DNA of 64,000 bases from Octopus sinensis (GCF_006345805.1 NC_042999.1:45756001-45820000); one strand, 5' to 3'; positions 1 to 12,319 are shown, counted from the stretch's first letter. Numbers and translations are program-made. The notes: generated by a model from the letters alone, not told the origin.

Positions 1-152
1 TGTTTACGTCCCCGTAACTAAGTAGTTTTCTGCAAAAGAGACCCATAGAATAAGTACTAGGCTTATAAAGAATAAGTCCTGGGGACAATTTGCTTGACTA
101 ACGGCAGTGCTTCAGCATGGCCACAGTCAAATGACTGAAACAAGTAAAAGAG
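1..152 (+). mobile_element. SINE family A (tRNA-like head, internal TA/CA microsatellite), 3' part
   Basis: Matches the tail of the fuller copies at 30737-31200 and 49660-50072 (gaataagtactaggctt...ccagcatggccacagtcaaatgactgaaacaagtaaaagag). Confidence 0.85.
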
Positions 153-319
153 TAAATGAGTAATTATAGAAATAGGATATAAAGATTTGAGAGGCTACCA
201 TACTTCATTGCTGTTTATTCTGCCAGAATAGAAAGACTTATATATAAATGTAAAATACTAGATACATATTAAAGATAAGTAATGAATACAGAATGAACAC
301 TTAGCATAATTATCTAAGT

Positions 320-642
320 CAGTGGTTCTCAACCATTTTTTATCTATGGACTCCTTTCATTACTACTTTACTTTGGTGGATCTCCATAGCCATTTGATGT
401 TTAAAAACTAAATCTTTCAAAATTTCTATTTTGCTTTTCACATATTAACTTGTGCTGACTGAACTGCGTAAAACATTACAGAGAGAAATCTAGCTCTCTC
501 TTGCAATAAATAAATCTAAAGGAAAATTTGTTTCATGGACCCTTAATATACTACTGTGGGTCCCTAATTTACTATTTTGCTTACGTTAACCCCCAATCTT
601 ACATGGATCCCCAGGGGTATGGACTCTGTTTGAGAACCACTG
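320..642. mobile_element. hAT/Charlie-like MITE
   Basis: TIRs cagtggttctcaa (320) and ttgagaaccactg (ending 642). The 8-bp flanks atctaagt/attcaagg match only 5/8. Confidence 0.7.
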
Positions 643-1384
643 ATTCAAGGTGTAAACACAAAGCTGACATACTCAAATGGAATTAAGGAAGCCAGATGAT
701 ACCTTAAAGACATCACATCACAAAAATATATTTTAATTCTCAATACTCTAATTTGGTTTCTCCACAGCACAACGATATCTCGATATCTCACTCTTTACTG
801 TGGCTGCTGTTTGTATTCTCATACTTTTTATTTGCTCATAATATGTCCCTCACCTATGGTCCTAAATGTTGGTTAATGATCAAAAGTATACGATTATGAA
901 AATGTGTGGCTGAAACGAGGTTCCTTCACTGGGTCTCTGGAGTAATGTTACTTGACAGGATGCATAGCTTTGAGATAGGGTTGCCTCTTCAGGTCAAGTT
1001 TCTAGGAGAGATCACGACTTTAGAATTATGGACATGTGATTAGAATATCACTGGAAAGAAATATTTTTCAAGGTAAGCCAGCTGACAAGTGACCTTAAGG
1101 TAGACCAAGAATAAGACAGTTGGATATCCATAATCTCACTTGCTCCTGCTTGGTAATCCAATGGGGAAGTCTAATAATGGATGCTTCTGATACGACCCTA
1201 TTGCAGAGGTGTTTGAGGACTATGGTCCTTCCTCCATGACCCTCCCAGTAATAGTGAATGGAGAAAGTAGATGGGTGAATGGATTTTTCCCAGATTTTTA
1301 AATCTAAGTTACAGGTGTGCATAATAATAGAAAAGTGCTGCTTATTTTTCTATGGCCATATATGGGATAGTATAAGTTACATGT

Positions 1385-1820
1385 ATTAGTTAGTTAGTTA
1401 AGTTAATTTTTTGGCTCAAAAGCAAAAAGCAAGGCCATGTAGGGGAACATGGAGTTATGTACAAGGTGGTCTTCATGTAAAGAGTTCAGGCCACGTGTGG
1501 TCAAGAGAGACTTTGAACCGAGCGGTCGTCGGCATCTTCACTATCTCGTCCGGCAGCTTATTCCACGGATCCGCAACCTGGACGGAAAAAGCCCCTGTCC
1601 TTTGATTGAGATGAAATCGTCGCAGATAGAGCTTTTCGGAGTGACCCTGCAGCCGATGCTCTGGAGCAGGAGTGAAGAACAGCTCTTTCAAGAGATTACA
1701 CTTTCTGCTTATGATGTTGTGAGCAAGAATGAGATCACCACGGCGGCGGCGGCGTTTTTCTAGAGAATAAAGGTTGAGCGTCTTCAGCCTTTCTTCATAA
1801 GACAAATGCTTGAGACCAAG
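1385..1820 (-). mobile_element. CR1-like LINE, 5'-truncated 3' end with (TAAC)n tail
   Basis: ORF 1473-1805 (YEERLKTLNLYSLEKRR..RGDLI..HRLQGHSEKL..FSVQVADPWNKLP) is the typical CR1 ORF2 C-terminus. The + strand has ttagttagttag at 1386-1400. Confidence 0.85.
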
Positions 1821-2228
1821 AACAAGCCAAACCTATTGTTCCTAGCTAAGTGATGCATAATGAAGAGTTTAAATCCCTGTGGCAATTTTACATCTTTCTA
1901 TGATAGTGATAATACATTAAATGATTATATTTCGTAAGTGTCTCCATTAGATCATATTACACTTGTGTACTTATATGATTGTATTGCTCGAGGTTGTTTA
2001 CTATCTTATTGACACATCCAGATGATTTAGAATTAAAATGTAAAACTGAAATGGAAATATCAGAGTGAAGAAATTGACTTGATTTCCATTTAAATGTTGT
2101 TGTAGTGTTCTTCTGTTTGTATATACAAGAATATATATATTACTTAAAGCTTTGTTTCAATAATCCACTACATAGTTAAAACGCAAAAGCATTCCAGCTG
2201 TGACTATTCAGTCAATACATATATTGTT

Positions 2229-2612
2229 CTCTCTCTCTATCCGCTCAGTCGAAGTCGACTCTCGGTCACTCGTTGGATCAGTGTCCTCCAGTCAGTTCTA
2301 TCCTGAGCCGCTTCCTTCAGACTGGCCATGTCCATTCCGGTATCACTCCTGATGGTGCCAAGCCAGTGGGTTCTTGGTTGGCCTCTTCCTCTCTTGCTAC
2401 TGACCATTCCGAGCATGATGTCCTTCTCCAGGTATTCTCTCTGCATAATATGACCGAAATATGCCAATCTACGCTTGGTGATCCCAGCTTCTAGCGACAT
2501 TTTCGGCCTGATCTGCTTAAGAACCTCTCCATTGGTGAACCTTGCTGTCCATGGAATCCTCAAAAGTCTTCTCCAACACCAAAGCTCGAATGCATTAATT
2601 CTCTTAATGTAT
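2229..2612 (-). mobile_element. RTE/Bov-B-like LINE, 3' fragment
   Basis: KRINAFELWCWRRLLRIPWTAR..LAYFGHIMQR..LEKDIMLG..KRGRGQPRTHW..AQDRTDWR is the RTE ORF C-terminus. Confidence 0.9.
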
Positions 2613-2842
2613 AAAAAAAATATAAGGTGGTGAGCTGACGGAAGTGTTAGCATGCCAGGCAAAACCCTTAGTGGAAATTCATCCACCATTACATTCTGAG
2701 TTCAAATTCTGCAAAGGTTAACTCTACCTGTCATCCTTTTGGAGTTGATAAAATAAGTACTGGTTAAGCACTGGAGTTGATGTAATCAACTTATCCCCTC
2801 TCCTTGACTTCTTGGTCTTGTGCATATGGAATATCATTGTTA

Positions 2843-3020
2843 TCATCATCATCATTTAACATCCATTATCCATGGGTTGGATGGTGTGACCAGAGCTGGC
2901 GAGCTGGAAAGCTGCACCAGACTCTAGTGTAACTTGGCATGGTTTCTGTGGCTGGATGCCCTTCCTAACACCAGCCACTTTACAGAGTGTACTGGGTGCT
3001 TTTATGTGGAACTGCATGGG
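2843..3020 (-). mobile_element. SINE family C ((GAT)n tail), diverged partial copy
   Basis: catcatcatttaacatcc...ggatgcccttcctaac matches the copies at 20490-20882 and 50531-50788. Confidence 0.7.
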
Positions 3021-4305
3021 TGCTTTTACATGGAATATAATGGAATATTCAGGAGGTGGCAGAAGCAGCAAAGAGAGCCTCAGATCTAGGGAAATAATGG
3101 GATGCACACAAACCAATAAGAATGGACTAGGCTCAATGGAGTAGTGGTCAAAGACAAAAGAAAAGTCAAAGAGGCACATTGTAAAACGAGAAGTGAGAGG
3201 GTAAGAGGATGCCAAGAGAAACCTGAAGGTAATCTGGAGGGCTAACGGAACAGTCGACAACATGAGAGAGTGCACTCCAAAGAAGTTCCAGCTAGAATGA
3301 CATATAGCATAAAGCTTCATCTTCAGGTCTGTATGTTACCTCCTACCTTTGAATACAAATCTGAAGTAGGGGAATTAAACAAACATGCATATCCACCCTG
3401 TCAAAGCAAACAAATATAGTAGAATATGTCCCAAGCTCATGCAAAATGGTGCTAGCCTAAGAGAGGTACACATGGAAACAATCAAGTGCTTTAAGAGATT
3501 TGTCAGTAGGAGCTCCATCAATGTTCTACATGACTAGGGGCAAAATATCGTGGCCTGGAACAGGTGTGTTAATTGAATCATGGTAGCAGCATCTGCTGGG
3601 TGGAGTGGATGATTGGCAGTGTGCAGCAGACCTTCCAGAATGCGGAAATTACCCAAACATCATCAACAATAGTGATATGAAACTGGTTACCAAAAAAAAA
3701 AAAAGGAAAATAAAATCAGGATTCTGATTGAACTCACTATGTTATATGAAAGCAAAATGGGAAGAATCCAACATATACAAAATTTAGAATTGTGGGAGTT
3801 TAACCATCAAATTGAGATAATTTGGTTTCCTAATGCCTTCTGCATAGAAGGGTGGGTAGGCAGTGTGGTTGTGGGCAAATCTGCTTACAATCTTATAAAA
3901 TGGCTCTCAATTTCTGGGGAAAAGAGTACCAGATCTCTGTAGGCAATGACAGAAGTAGCTGAAAAGAATTTCAACTACACCTGGACAAGCAGGAATGAAA
4001 GTGAATTTCAGAAGGCATAATTTACCCTACATTTAACTGGTGTCTTGGACTAAGATGGTTATGGATTTCAAAGCACCTTGACTCTTGGGTACCTTAACCA
4101 CCTAGAATGATACAGAAATTGCACAGAACATCATAGTGGAGAGATATCCAAGAGTCATGACCTGGATGCATCTTGGCTTCCTTTCAGTGTAAGAAGTTAA
4201 GGGCCAAAATACTAGCATAATGGATTGGCACTTCTTCTCAGAAGACTCTCTACTGTTTAGCTCTCCCTAGATTTTCCTACTACCATAATCTAATTAATGG
4301 CATGG

Positions 4306-4461
4306 CTGTGTGACAAGACATTTGCCTCCCAACTTCAAGGGCCTGGGTTCAATCCTACTGTGTGGTACCTTGGGAAAATGCTTTCAACTATGGCCTTGGG
4401 TTGACCAAAACCTTATGTGTGGATCTGGTAGAAGGAAACTGAAATAAACCTGGTATGTATG

Positions 4462-4535
<74 letters not shown>

Positions 4536-5160
4536 AACTTTGGCATTGAGAGTTACACAAATACTAGAACTGGGTGCCACTGCATAGTGCCAAGGACTCG
4601 AAATTTGCCATCAAGATGTAGGACAAGATACTGCAATAGCCTGGGCTTCAGAGGTCCACGGCTCTTCAACATCCTCCCGAAGGATCTGAGAGACCTGCAT
4701 GGGGTGGATGTAGGTGTCTTCAAAATAAAACTGGACCTCTTCCTGTCAGGTGTTCCAGATGAACCAACTTCACGGCAGGAAGTGCAGATGAGGGCAGCTG
4801 CATCAAACTCTCTCATGCACCAAATGTCAATTGCTAAAAAGCATTCATGAAGTAAAATTATGTAGCAGCACCAAGTGGCAGTGCCCCAGCATGGCCACAG
4901 CTCGTGAGCTGAAACTAGAGGAAAAATATATATATGTGTGTGTGTGTGTGTATGTACGTCTTTGTGTCTATGTTTACCCCACCACCACTGCTTAGCAACT
5001 GGTGTTGGTGTGTTTGTGTCCTCATAACTTAGCAGTTTAGCAAAAGAGACTTATAAAATAATTACCAGGCTTTTTAAAAAAATTACTAGGGTTGACTTGA
5101 ACTAAAATTCTTCGGGGTGGTACCCCATCAGTCTTATGATTGAAATAAGTAAAAGGTAGA
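4306..5160 (+). mobile_element. SINE family A copy split by a LINE fragment at its internal (TA)n
   Basis: The head (ggcatggctgtgtg...gaaggaaactgaa) is at 4306-4455 and the body/tail at 4930-5160, with (TA)n and the 4528-4920 LINE piece between them. Confidence 0.65.
4528..4920 (+). mobile_element. CR1/L2-group LINE 3' fragment
   Basis: TRTGCHCIVPR..RYCNSLGFRGPRLFNILPKDLRDL..FKIKLDLFLSGVPDEP, followed by a 3' UTR ending ccccagcatggccacagctcgtgagctgaaactaga. Confidence 0.8.
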
Positions 5161-6477
5161 AGGCACACACACACGCATGCACAGTGTGTCTGTAAAGTCA
5201 TGGTGGGATTTCAAAGCTATTTATTGATGTAACTTGCAATATTACATATTTCATATACATATTGAATAAGAGACCAACTAATAAAGTTCATGTACAGTTT
5301 GGTGCAGTTTGATATGGCTTCCATTTATTGCCATCTATACATCTAATCAATACTCCAGTTCTTGCTGTACACAGCGAGGAGCATCGGGTGTAACAGATTG
5401 AATAGCTTTCTCTGTTTCTCTCCTTTAGGTGCTCAATAGCAGTAACAGAGGAACACTGTGCACATATTGCTTGATCATAGAGGCCTTGCCTCCCATGCAT
5501 CCTTTCTATCCATCACTGTAGAGATATCCTACGCAGAAAGTCACTGATAATTCTGCTGTAGTGAAGGAGCCCGATCATGTTTATGGACACACTGTATATA
5601 TCATCATCATTGTTTAACATAATATTGTTAATTTCTTCTTTATTAAAAAAAAAAAAAAGTTGCATGATTTTAAGTGCTGATATTCGAAACATTAAATTCA
5701 GGGATTTCTTTTAAAATGAAAAAAATGTAGAATAAAAATATTGGAGGTGTTGTAAAAAAAACAAAAAAAAAAATCCTCATTTAAAAATTTGTTCTCCTGT
5801 GACAACACATAACTGAAATAAGTTAATGATTTGAGATAGATAAGGTTATTATTATAGATTATTGTTTTTATTTCTCAACACTATCATTAATAACATTTCG
5901 TTAACTTAAACTAGTGTTGTTGAAAGTAGGAGATTTCTTTTTTAAAGAATGAAAAAGCAACTCGTTACAAAAAGTGAACAAAAACACTATATATTTTGAA
6001 TGTTTCGATGAGAAACTAATCATTCAAAAATATATGGCTGTCCTACAATAAGACCCCAAAACGCCAAATATATAATTACTAGATGTAATGACATATATAA
6101 CACGGAATCATTAATGATCAAATCTTTTAAAAGTCTGAACACTGTTTAAAACAAGATAAAACAAAAAATGATGTGTGATGTATAATTCATACGTTTTGAA
6201 ATTTTATTAGTTTTGGTAATTCAGGAAAACCATGGAATTTGTTTTCTTAGATTTTCCACACATTACTGGTAACAGTTTTCATTACTATGCTTTTCTCTGA
6301 AATCACCATAGAGAAATCTTCTTTAGCCCTTTGCTTCCTATGAAGAAGAGGTTATCAATGAATTTTCTGGTATTCTTTACCCTGGTCTGTCTTTTATGCT
6401 TCTTTCCACTTGGATTCCTGCTTTTTTGTGCCTAAATTTGAAACCATTATTGTTATTATTATTATTATTATTATTGA

Positions 6478-6692
6478 AGGCAGTGAGCTGGCAGAATCAT
6501 TAGCACACTGGGTAAACTGCTGAGCAGTATTTCACTTGTCACTATGTTTTGAGTTCAAATTCCACCGGGGTCAACTTTGCCTTTCATCCTTTGAGGGTTG
6601 ATAAATTAAGTGCCAATGAAACATTGGGGTTGATATACTCAACTAGTCTCCACTCCACAAATTTAAGGCCTTTTGCCTCCAGTAGAAAGGAT
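6478..6692 (+). mobile_element. SINE family B (B-box gagttcaaattcc, (ATT)n flanks)
   Basis: ggcagtgagctggcagaatc...gagttcaaattcc...gtagaaaggattattatt, homologous to 17169-17385. Confidence 0.85.
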
Positions 6693-6707
6693 TATTATTA
6701 TTATTAT

Positions 6708-7265
6708 TATTGAGTGAGAGAGCAGTGCATGCCATCAAAGTGACACTGGGGTAAAATATGCGAAGCCCAGTATACCCATCATGACTACCCATCTGATAAG
6801 GGTACACTAGGCACATGCATCACAACCATATGTGCGCAACAAGGTGATCTCATATCAAGATAAACAGCATATGACCTTGCAGGTGGGGCCCAGTTAAAAT
6901 TTTCTTCTGGTCGAGTAACCCATCTTGCTCAGAAGGTCCCTGAACAAGGGTTGTTAAGGACGATGAACAAAAGGATGTTGAATGTGATACTTGTTTCCAG
7001 AGGTGAATTATTTAAACCCCAAAGAATCCCTCTCAACACATGGCTATGATGCTCCCCCACTACTTCTGCTCGTGATCAGAGATGCACACATCGTCAGCCA
7101 CTAAGGGACATGCTCAACTGGTTATGGTCAAACAACTGACAAGCAAATCTGTGGTATTGAGCAGTAACCCATCTTTTATACCAAGACAAAACAATGTACA
7201 TAACACTTCCAATCAGTTAAGATCAGAAGCCACAAGATCCACTGCCGGGTACTGCATCAGGGCAT
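6708..7265. mobile_element. Non-coding interspersed repeat family E embedded in (ATT)n
   Basis: Homologous pieces at 7288-7330, 24090-24265 and 25437-25740, mostly adjoining (ATT/TAA)n. Confidence 0.8.
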
Positions 7266-7599
7266 TTATTATTATTATTATTATTGAGTGAGGGAGCAGT
7301 GCATGCCATCAAACTGACACTGGGGTAAAATATATTATTATTATTTAAGCTGTTTGTGAGGCTGAAGTCATTGCTGGCAAATCCGAATCCATTCATGCAC
7401 TTCTTCCTAAAAGACATCACTATCAATGTCGGCTCAGACTTTGAGCCTTCATTTAGAGTACAGTTACCTACCAATAGGCACTTTCACATTCTCTCCTTTT
7501 TACAAGAAGCTTCAAGAGGTTGAAGAGCTGATGTATTCAAATGCACAGTTCTGCTCAGCTTTCAGGCCCACCTATGCAGAGTCTAACCATACTGGTTTA

Positions 7600-7960
7600 T
7601 CTTTTATATCTTTCAGTCATTAGACTGTGGCCATGCTGGGGCACCACCTTGAATGGACCCCATAACTTTTGGGTTTTCTTTTAAGCCTGGTACTTATTCT
7701 ATTGGTCTTTTCTGTTGAACTGGCAGGTTACAGGGACATAAACAGACCAACACTGGTTGTCAAGGAGTGGAGGGGTCAAACACTGACACAGACACACACA
7801 CACACACATACAATGGGCTTCTTTCAATTTCTGTTTGCTAAATCTACTCACAAGGCTTTGGTCAGTCTGAAGCTGTAGTAGAAGACACTTGCAGTGGGAC
7901 TGAACCCAGAACCATGTGTCTAGGAAGCAAGCTTGTTACCACACAGCCATGCCTGCACTC
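7600..7960 (-). mobile_element. SINE family A
   Basis: Reverse complement of the family A consensus with an internal (CA)n. Confidence 0.8.
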
Positions 7961-8049
7961 ACAATACTTAAATAGACAATGAACACATTCAGAAAAGTCT
8001 TTTCTTTTTGGCATTGTTAAAAAAAGATTTGAGCATTTTGGTCAGTTTA

Positions 8050-8350
8050 TTGCATAAATTTTACCAGGACACTCTCAAAACCTCCCTGTAGAACATCAGC
8101 ATAAATCCAGTCATGTGAGCACCTTGTTGTTGAATGATCTATCTGCCAGAATCTCATAAGAAAAGGCACCATAGTCTCTGGGGAAAGCAAGAACAGAGGA
8201 GATGAGCAGACAAAAGAGGGATTTGGGAAAGATCCCGTAGTAGTTATTGCTTTCACTATAATAAGACTTGTCAATCACTTTCAGACACATACATCCATGA
8301 GAGTGACGTTGTATGTATTATTCAGATGGCTGGATGACTGAAGAGAATAC
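8050..8350 (+). mobile_element. Highly degenerate RTE-like RT remnant
   Basis: DEQTKEGFGKDPVVVIAFTIIRLV loosely resembles the EEQAGFRKGRST.D.IF.LR RT motif; frames are broken. Confidence 0.35.
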
Positions 8351-8492
8351 AATTATATGCATCTACAATGTATGTATGTATATATATATATATATATATA
8401 TAATAATAAATATTAGGGAATAAATTCAAATTTACAGGGAAAAATCAGATTTAGGATTGAATCCAATTTTATAGTAAAATATTATATTAAAG

Positions 8493-8812
8493 ACTCCGCC
8501 GGTTACGACGACGAGGGTCCCGGCTGATACGATCAACAGAACAGCTTGCTCGTGAAATTAACGTGCAAATGGCTGAGCATTCCACAGACACGTGTACCCT
8601 TAACGTAGTTCTCGGGGATAATCAGCGTGACACAGAGAGTGACAAGGCTGACCCTTTGAAATACAAGTACAACTCATTTTTGCCAGCTGAGTGGACTGGA
8701 GCAACGTGAAATAAAGTGTCTTGCTCAAGGACACAACGCATCGCCGGGAATCGAACTCACAACCTTACGATCATGAGCCGAATGCCCTAACCACTAAGCC
8801 ACGCGCCCTCAC
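8493..8812 (-). mobile_element. tRNA-derived SINE family D with target-site duplication
   Basis: The minus strand starts gtgagggcgcgtggcttagtggttaggg (A box) ... gagttcgattcc (B box). The 12-mer aaaatattatat occurs on both sides (8476-8487 and 8813-8824). Confidence 0.9.
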
Positions 8813-8874
8813 AAAATATTATATAATATTAATTAGAGACTTCATAATTTAAAATTGAATAGAAGGTCTGAAAA

Positions 8875-8920
8875 CCACCTGATGAATGTCCTTAGAAGTG
8901 ACAAGAAACAATTGTAGTGG
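8875..8920 (+). ncRNA. Minimal type I hammerhead ribozyme motif
   Basis: ccac-CTGATGA-a-tgtc(loop)gaca-a-GAAA-caattg-TA-gtgg: stem I ccac/gtgg, full core, palindromic stem III ACAATTGT, GUA site. The first stem II pair is an A-A mismatch. Confidence 0.8.
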
Positions 8921-9020
8921 ATAACTTAATTTTATTTAATTTATATAAAATTTTTTATGTATTGGATTAAGTCTTTCTTTGTTTGATATGCATAATAGTG
9001 GTTTTGTCTCTAATTAATAT

Positions 9021-9052
<32 letters not shown>

Positions 9053-9126
9053 ATATATATATAATATATATATATGTAATTTCATTTCCTCCACCTCCTC
9101 TTCCCACTTTCATGGTGATATGGGTT

Positions 9127-9174
9127 GGATCTGACGAGTGTGGGGAGATCAGCCTTTACATGAAACTTAATGCC
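9127..9174 (+). ncRNA. Degenerate hammerhead-like motif
   Basis: ggat-CTGACGA-gtgt...acat-GAAA-cttaat-gcc. The core and stem II are present, but stem III and the cleavage site are imperfect. Confidence 0.35.
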
Positions 9175-9285
9175 ATTAGCATTGTTGTTAGTATGATCAG
9201 CATTAAACTGTATTATATATATGCTCCATTATAGTATGTGTGTGTGTATAGTATGTGTGTATATACATATATGAATATGTGTGTA

Positions 9286-9370
<85 letters not shown>

Positions 9371-9552
9371 AAAGGGCTTAGTAAAATAAATTACTTTGCC
9401 GCATACTGAACTCATTAGAAATAGTAGCTAAAAAAACTTTTTTAAAACTATTTCTAATACTTAAAGAAAACCTCTCTCATATAGTGTTTGCTCAATTCAA
9501 CTCACGAAAGTATGGGGGTAAAGACATTAAAAAATCAAATGCAAAGGTTATT

Positions 9553-9604
9553 TGAGAACGTACGTTTCAAGATTAGTCAACTCGACATTTCTATCATCAG
9601 CTCA
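9553..9604 (-). ncRNA. Minimal type I hammerhead ribozyme motif
   Basis: Minus strand: tgag-CTGATGA-tagaaatgtc gagtt gactaatctt-GAAA-cgtacg-TT-ctca. Stem I tgag/ctca, palindrome ACGTACGT, GUU site; stem II is partly mismatched. Confidence 0.7.
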
Positions 9605-10238
9605 GAACTCCTTGGTTTGGATTTGAAAACACTGATATGGAGAGATAGATAGATATGCACTCACAAAGCTATATATATTATATGCACTCTGTTTTATGTA
9701 TGTTTATATAATTTAATAGCCTTGCATGTAAATTTATTTATATTTTGGCCACAAACATAATGTTTTAGTACTATAGTTAATGATGTATTGCCAACAAATT
9801 ATTATGTTTACACACACATACACACACACACGTGTATGTGTTTCTGTGTGTGTTCATAAGAGCAAGGTGTAGTGAAACAAAATAAAAGTATTTGGTAGTT
9901 CGGTGAAGTAGAATTTGTGTCGTATACAGATCAAATTCTCTTAGAATCTAAACAGAGTCAACTGTTTAAAATTCACCTTGTCAAGAATACACGAACACAC
10001 ACACACACACACAGAGTGAAAGAGATGTGCGTTAATGTTTATGAGAGTATATACGTTTATCTATGTGTTTGTGTGTAATTGTGTGTGTGTGTGTGTGTGT
10101 GCATATGTGTTTGTGTGTATATATTTCTATATGCATATTACACATTCTTTCTATAGTTTTGTGTGTCTTTGTACATAAGTCAGTATTTGTGTGCATGATC
10201 GTATATATTTGTGACACAAACACACAGCACACATGACA

Positions 10239-10281
<43 letters not shown>

Positions 10282-10934
10282 CACACGGACATCACACACA
10301 CTCTCTTTCTCTCCTCCTCTCTCTCTCATCTTCCTGCTCTCTCTGTCTCATCTTCCCCCTCTCTCTCTCACTCCTACACACAATATGTGCATATTGGTTT
10401 ATCTGCAAATTTCATCATTGCTTTAACGTAACTATTTGCTTTGGCCTTCCTTCATTACTGTGTTTCGGTTTTATCACGTAGAAAGCCGTGTCATGTGCTT
10501 ATGTCTGTGTTTGATCCACAAATTAGCTGTGATGTTTATTTTCTTCACTGTGTGCAGAGAGTTTGTAATATATTTCAAAGAATGTGTTAGACATTACTAA
10601 TATGCTGTTAATAAATTCTGAAGTGAATAAATGACTCTAGGTAGCTGCGATGTGTTTTGATTTTTGGAATTTTTTCCTTTTTCTGTTTCACTTGGCAAAC
10701 TTAGTAACCAACTAATTGAAAACAGTAGTATTACATATAAAACATTATCACCATTATAATCACATTAGTCATGGTGATGATGATGATGATGATCATGATG
10801 GTGATAGCAAATATGATTATTATCATTGCCTTTGTCATTATTGAAACCAGCTTCATGAAGTCAGTAAATCCATTCTGTTGTGAGTTTCTGTTTGTGTTTG
10901 TGCCTGTGAAATAGCTGATACTTCTTATTCACAG

Positions 10935-11015
10935 TGTTTCTTCTGTCTTCTGGTGGAAAGAAAATTTGATTATCCTTTCCAATTACTAACTGTAATTAGG
11001 GAAAGTCTGCTGGAG
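10935..11015 (+). CDS. Candidate 81-nt internal exon (CFFCLLVERKFDYPFQLLTVIRESLLE), host gene unidentified
   Basis: Acceptor cttcttattcacag| and donor GAG|gtgagt. Length is a multiple of 3 and only one of three frames is open. Confidence 0.4.
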
Positions 11016-11236
11016 GTGAGTGGAGTAGTGCATTTGCTTCCGTGTTTGGTACAAATGTATATTAAAATTAATTTGGAGATACAGCAGCAGTAGCAATAAT
11101 AATAATAATAATAATAATAATGCTTTCTACTATAGGCACAAGGCCTGAAATTTGGGGGAGAGGGATAACCAATAACACTGACTCCAGCACTCAACTGGTA
11201 CTTATTTTATCAAATAATAATAATAATAATAATAAT

Positions 11237-11463
11237 AGGTGCAGGAGTGGCTGTGTTGTTAGTAGCTTGCTTTTTGTCCCCCCCAACATTGCTTGACAAC
11301 CGATGCTGGTGTCTTTACGTCCCCGTAACTTAGTGGTTTGGCTAAAGAGACCAATAGAATAAGTACTAGGCTTACAAAAAATAAGTCCTGGGGTCGATTT
11401 GCTTGACTAAAGGCAGTACTCCAGCATGGCCGCAGTCAGATGACTGAAACAAGTAAAAGAGTA
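11237..11463 (+). mobile_element. SINE family A with internal deletion
   Basis: The head (ggtgcaggagtggctgtg...gtagcttgct) is joined directly to the tail (tttgtccccccaacattgcttgacaacc). Confidence 0.8.
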
Positions 11464-12009
11464 ATAATAATAATGTTCCTTTCTACTAAAGGTACAAGGC
11501 CTGAAATTTGGGGGAGGGGACTAGTCAGTTACATTGAACCCAGTGTTTCACTGGTACTTAATTTACCAATTCCAAAAGGTTGAAAGGCAAAGTCGACCTT
11601 GGAGGAATTTGAACTTAGAATGTAGCGACAGGCGAAATACCACGAAGCATTTAACCTAGTGTGCTAACGATCCTGCCAGCTTGCCACCTTAAATAATCAT
11701 AATAATAATTATAGTTTCAATTTTTGGCACAAGGACTGCAATTTCTGGGGAGAGATTAAGTCAGTTAACCCAAGTGCTTGACTGGTACTTATTTTATTAA
11801 TCCTAAAAGGATGAAAGACAAAGTCAAGCTCAGTGGAAAATGAACTCAGAATGTAAAGATGGATGAAAATGCTGCTAAGCATTTCACCTGATGTGCTAAT
11901 GATTCTCCCAGCTCACTGCCTTGATAATAATAATAATAATAATAATGATAATAATAATAATAATAATAATGATAATAATAATAACAATAATAATAATAAT
12001 AATAATAAT

Positions 12010-12280
12010 ACCAGAAAACCCTAAAATGGCAGAAATTCAAAAGATAGTGCTCATGGGAACTGCTCATATCCTATGCAAAATACTCTCTTTGTAATCTCAA
12101 GTTTTAAAACAAACATAATTTTCGTATGGTTTTTTAGGCATTCACTAGTACAACACTAAGTACAAAACCAAATATATTGCACCCTAGGCATAACACCGAC
12201 ATGAACTTCCAACTTGTTGTCTCTTGAGGTCTATGGGTGAGACTTGGAGCCAGCTTGTGCAAATGTAAAGCAAAAATCAA

Positions 12281-12290
<10 letters not shown>
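12010..12290 (+). mobile_element. R4/Dong-type LINE, short 3' end
   Basis: KWQKFKKIVLMGTAHIL-like terminus plus a 3' UTR shared with 13080-13335; flanked by (TAA)n. Confidence 0.75.
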
Positions 12291-12316
<26 letters not shown>

Positions 12317-12319
12317 TAC

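Larger units (their letters stand above)
8402..8960 (+). mobile_element. Penelope-like element-associated repeat remnant, interrupted by a SINE
   Basis: AT-rich repeat starting after a TA microsatellite and carrying a minimal hammerhead motif at 8875-8920. Confidence 0.5.

Noticed and set aside
5288-5500. 70-aa minus-strand ORF and a + strand acceptor-like site at 5428
   Set aside because: No recognisable motif; the + strand frames stop before any good donor. Probably decayed TE sequence.
8740-8812. tRNA gene (CAT anticodon-like loop on the minus strand)
   Set aside because: It is the head of a SINE with a downstream body and a TSD; the acceptor stem is imperfect. The same applies to the heads near 13965, 29338 and 57548.
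10032-10481. Many ORFs rich in VC, TH, YI, poly-I or poly-Y (here and throughout the window)
   Set aside because: These are translations of (CA)n, (TA)n, (ATT)n and (CT)n microsatellites and SINE bodies, not genes.
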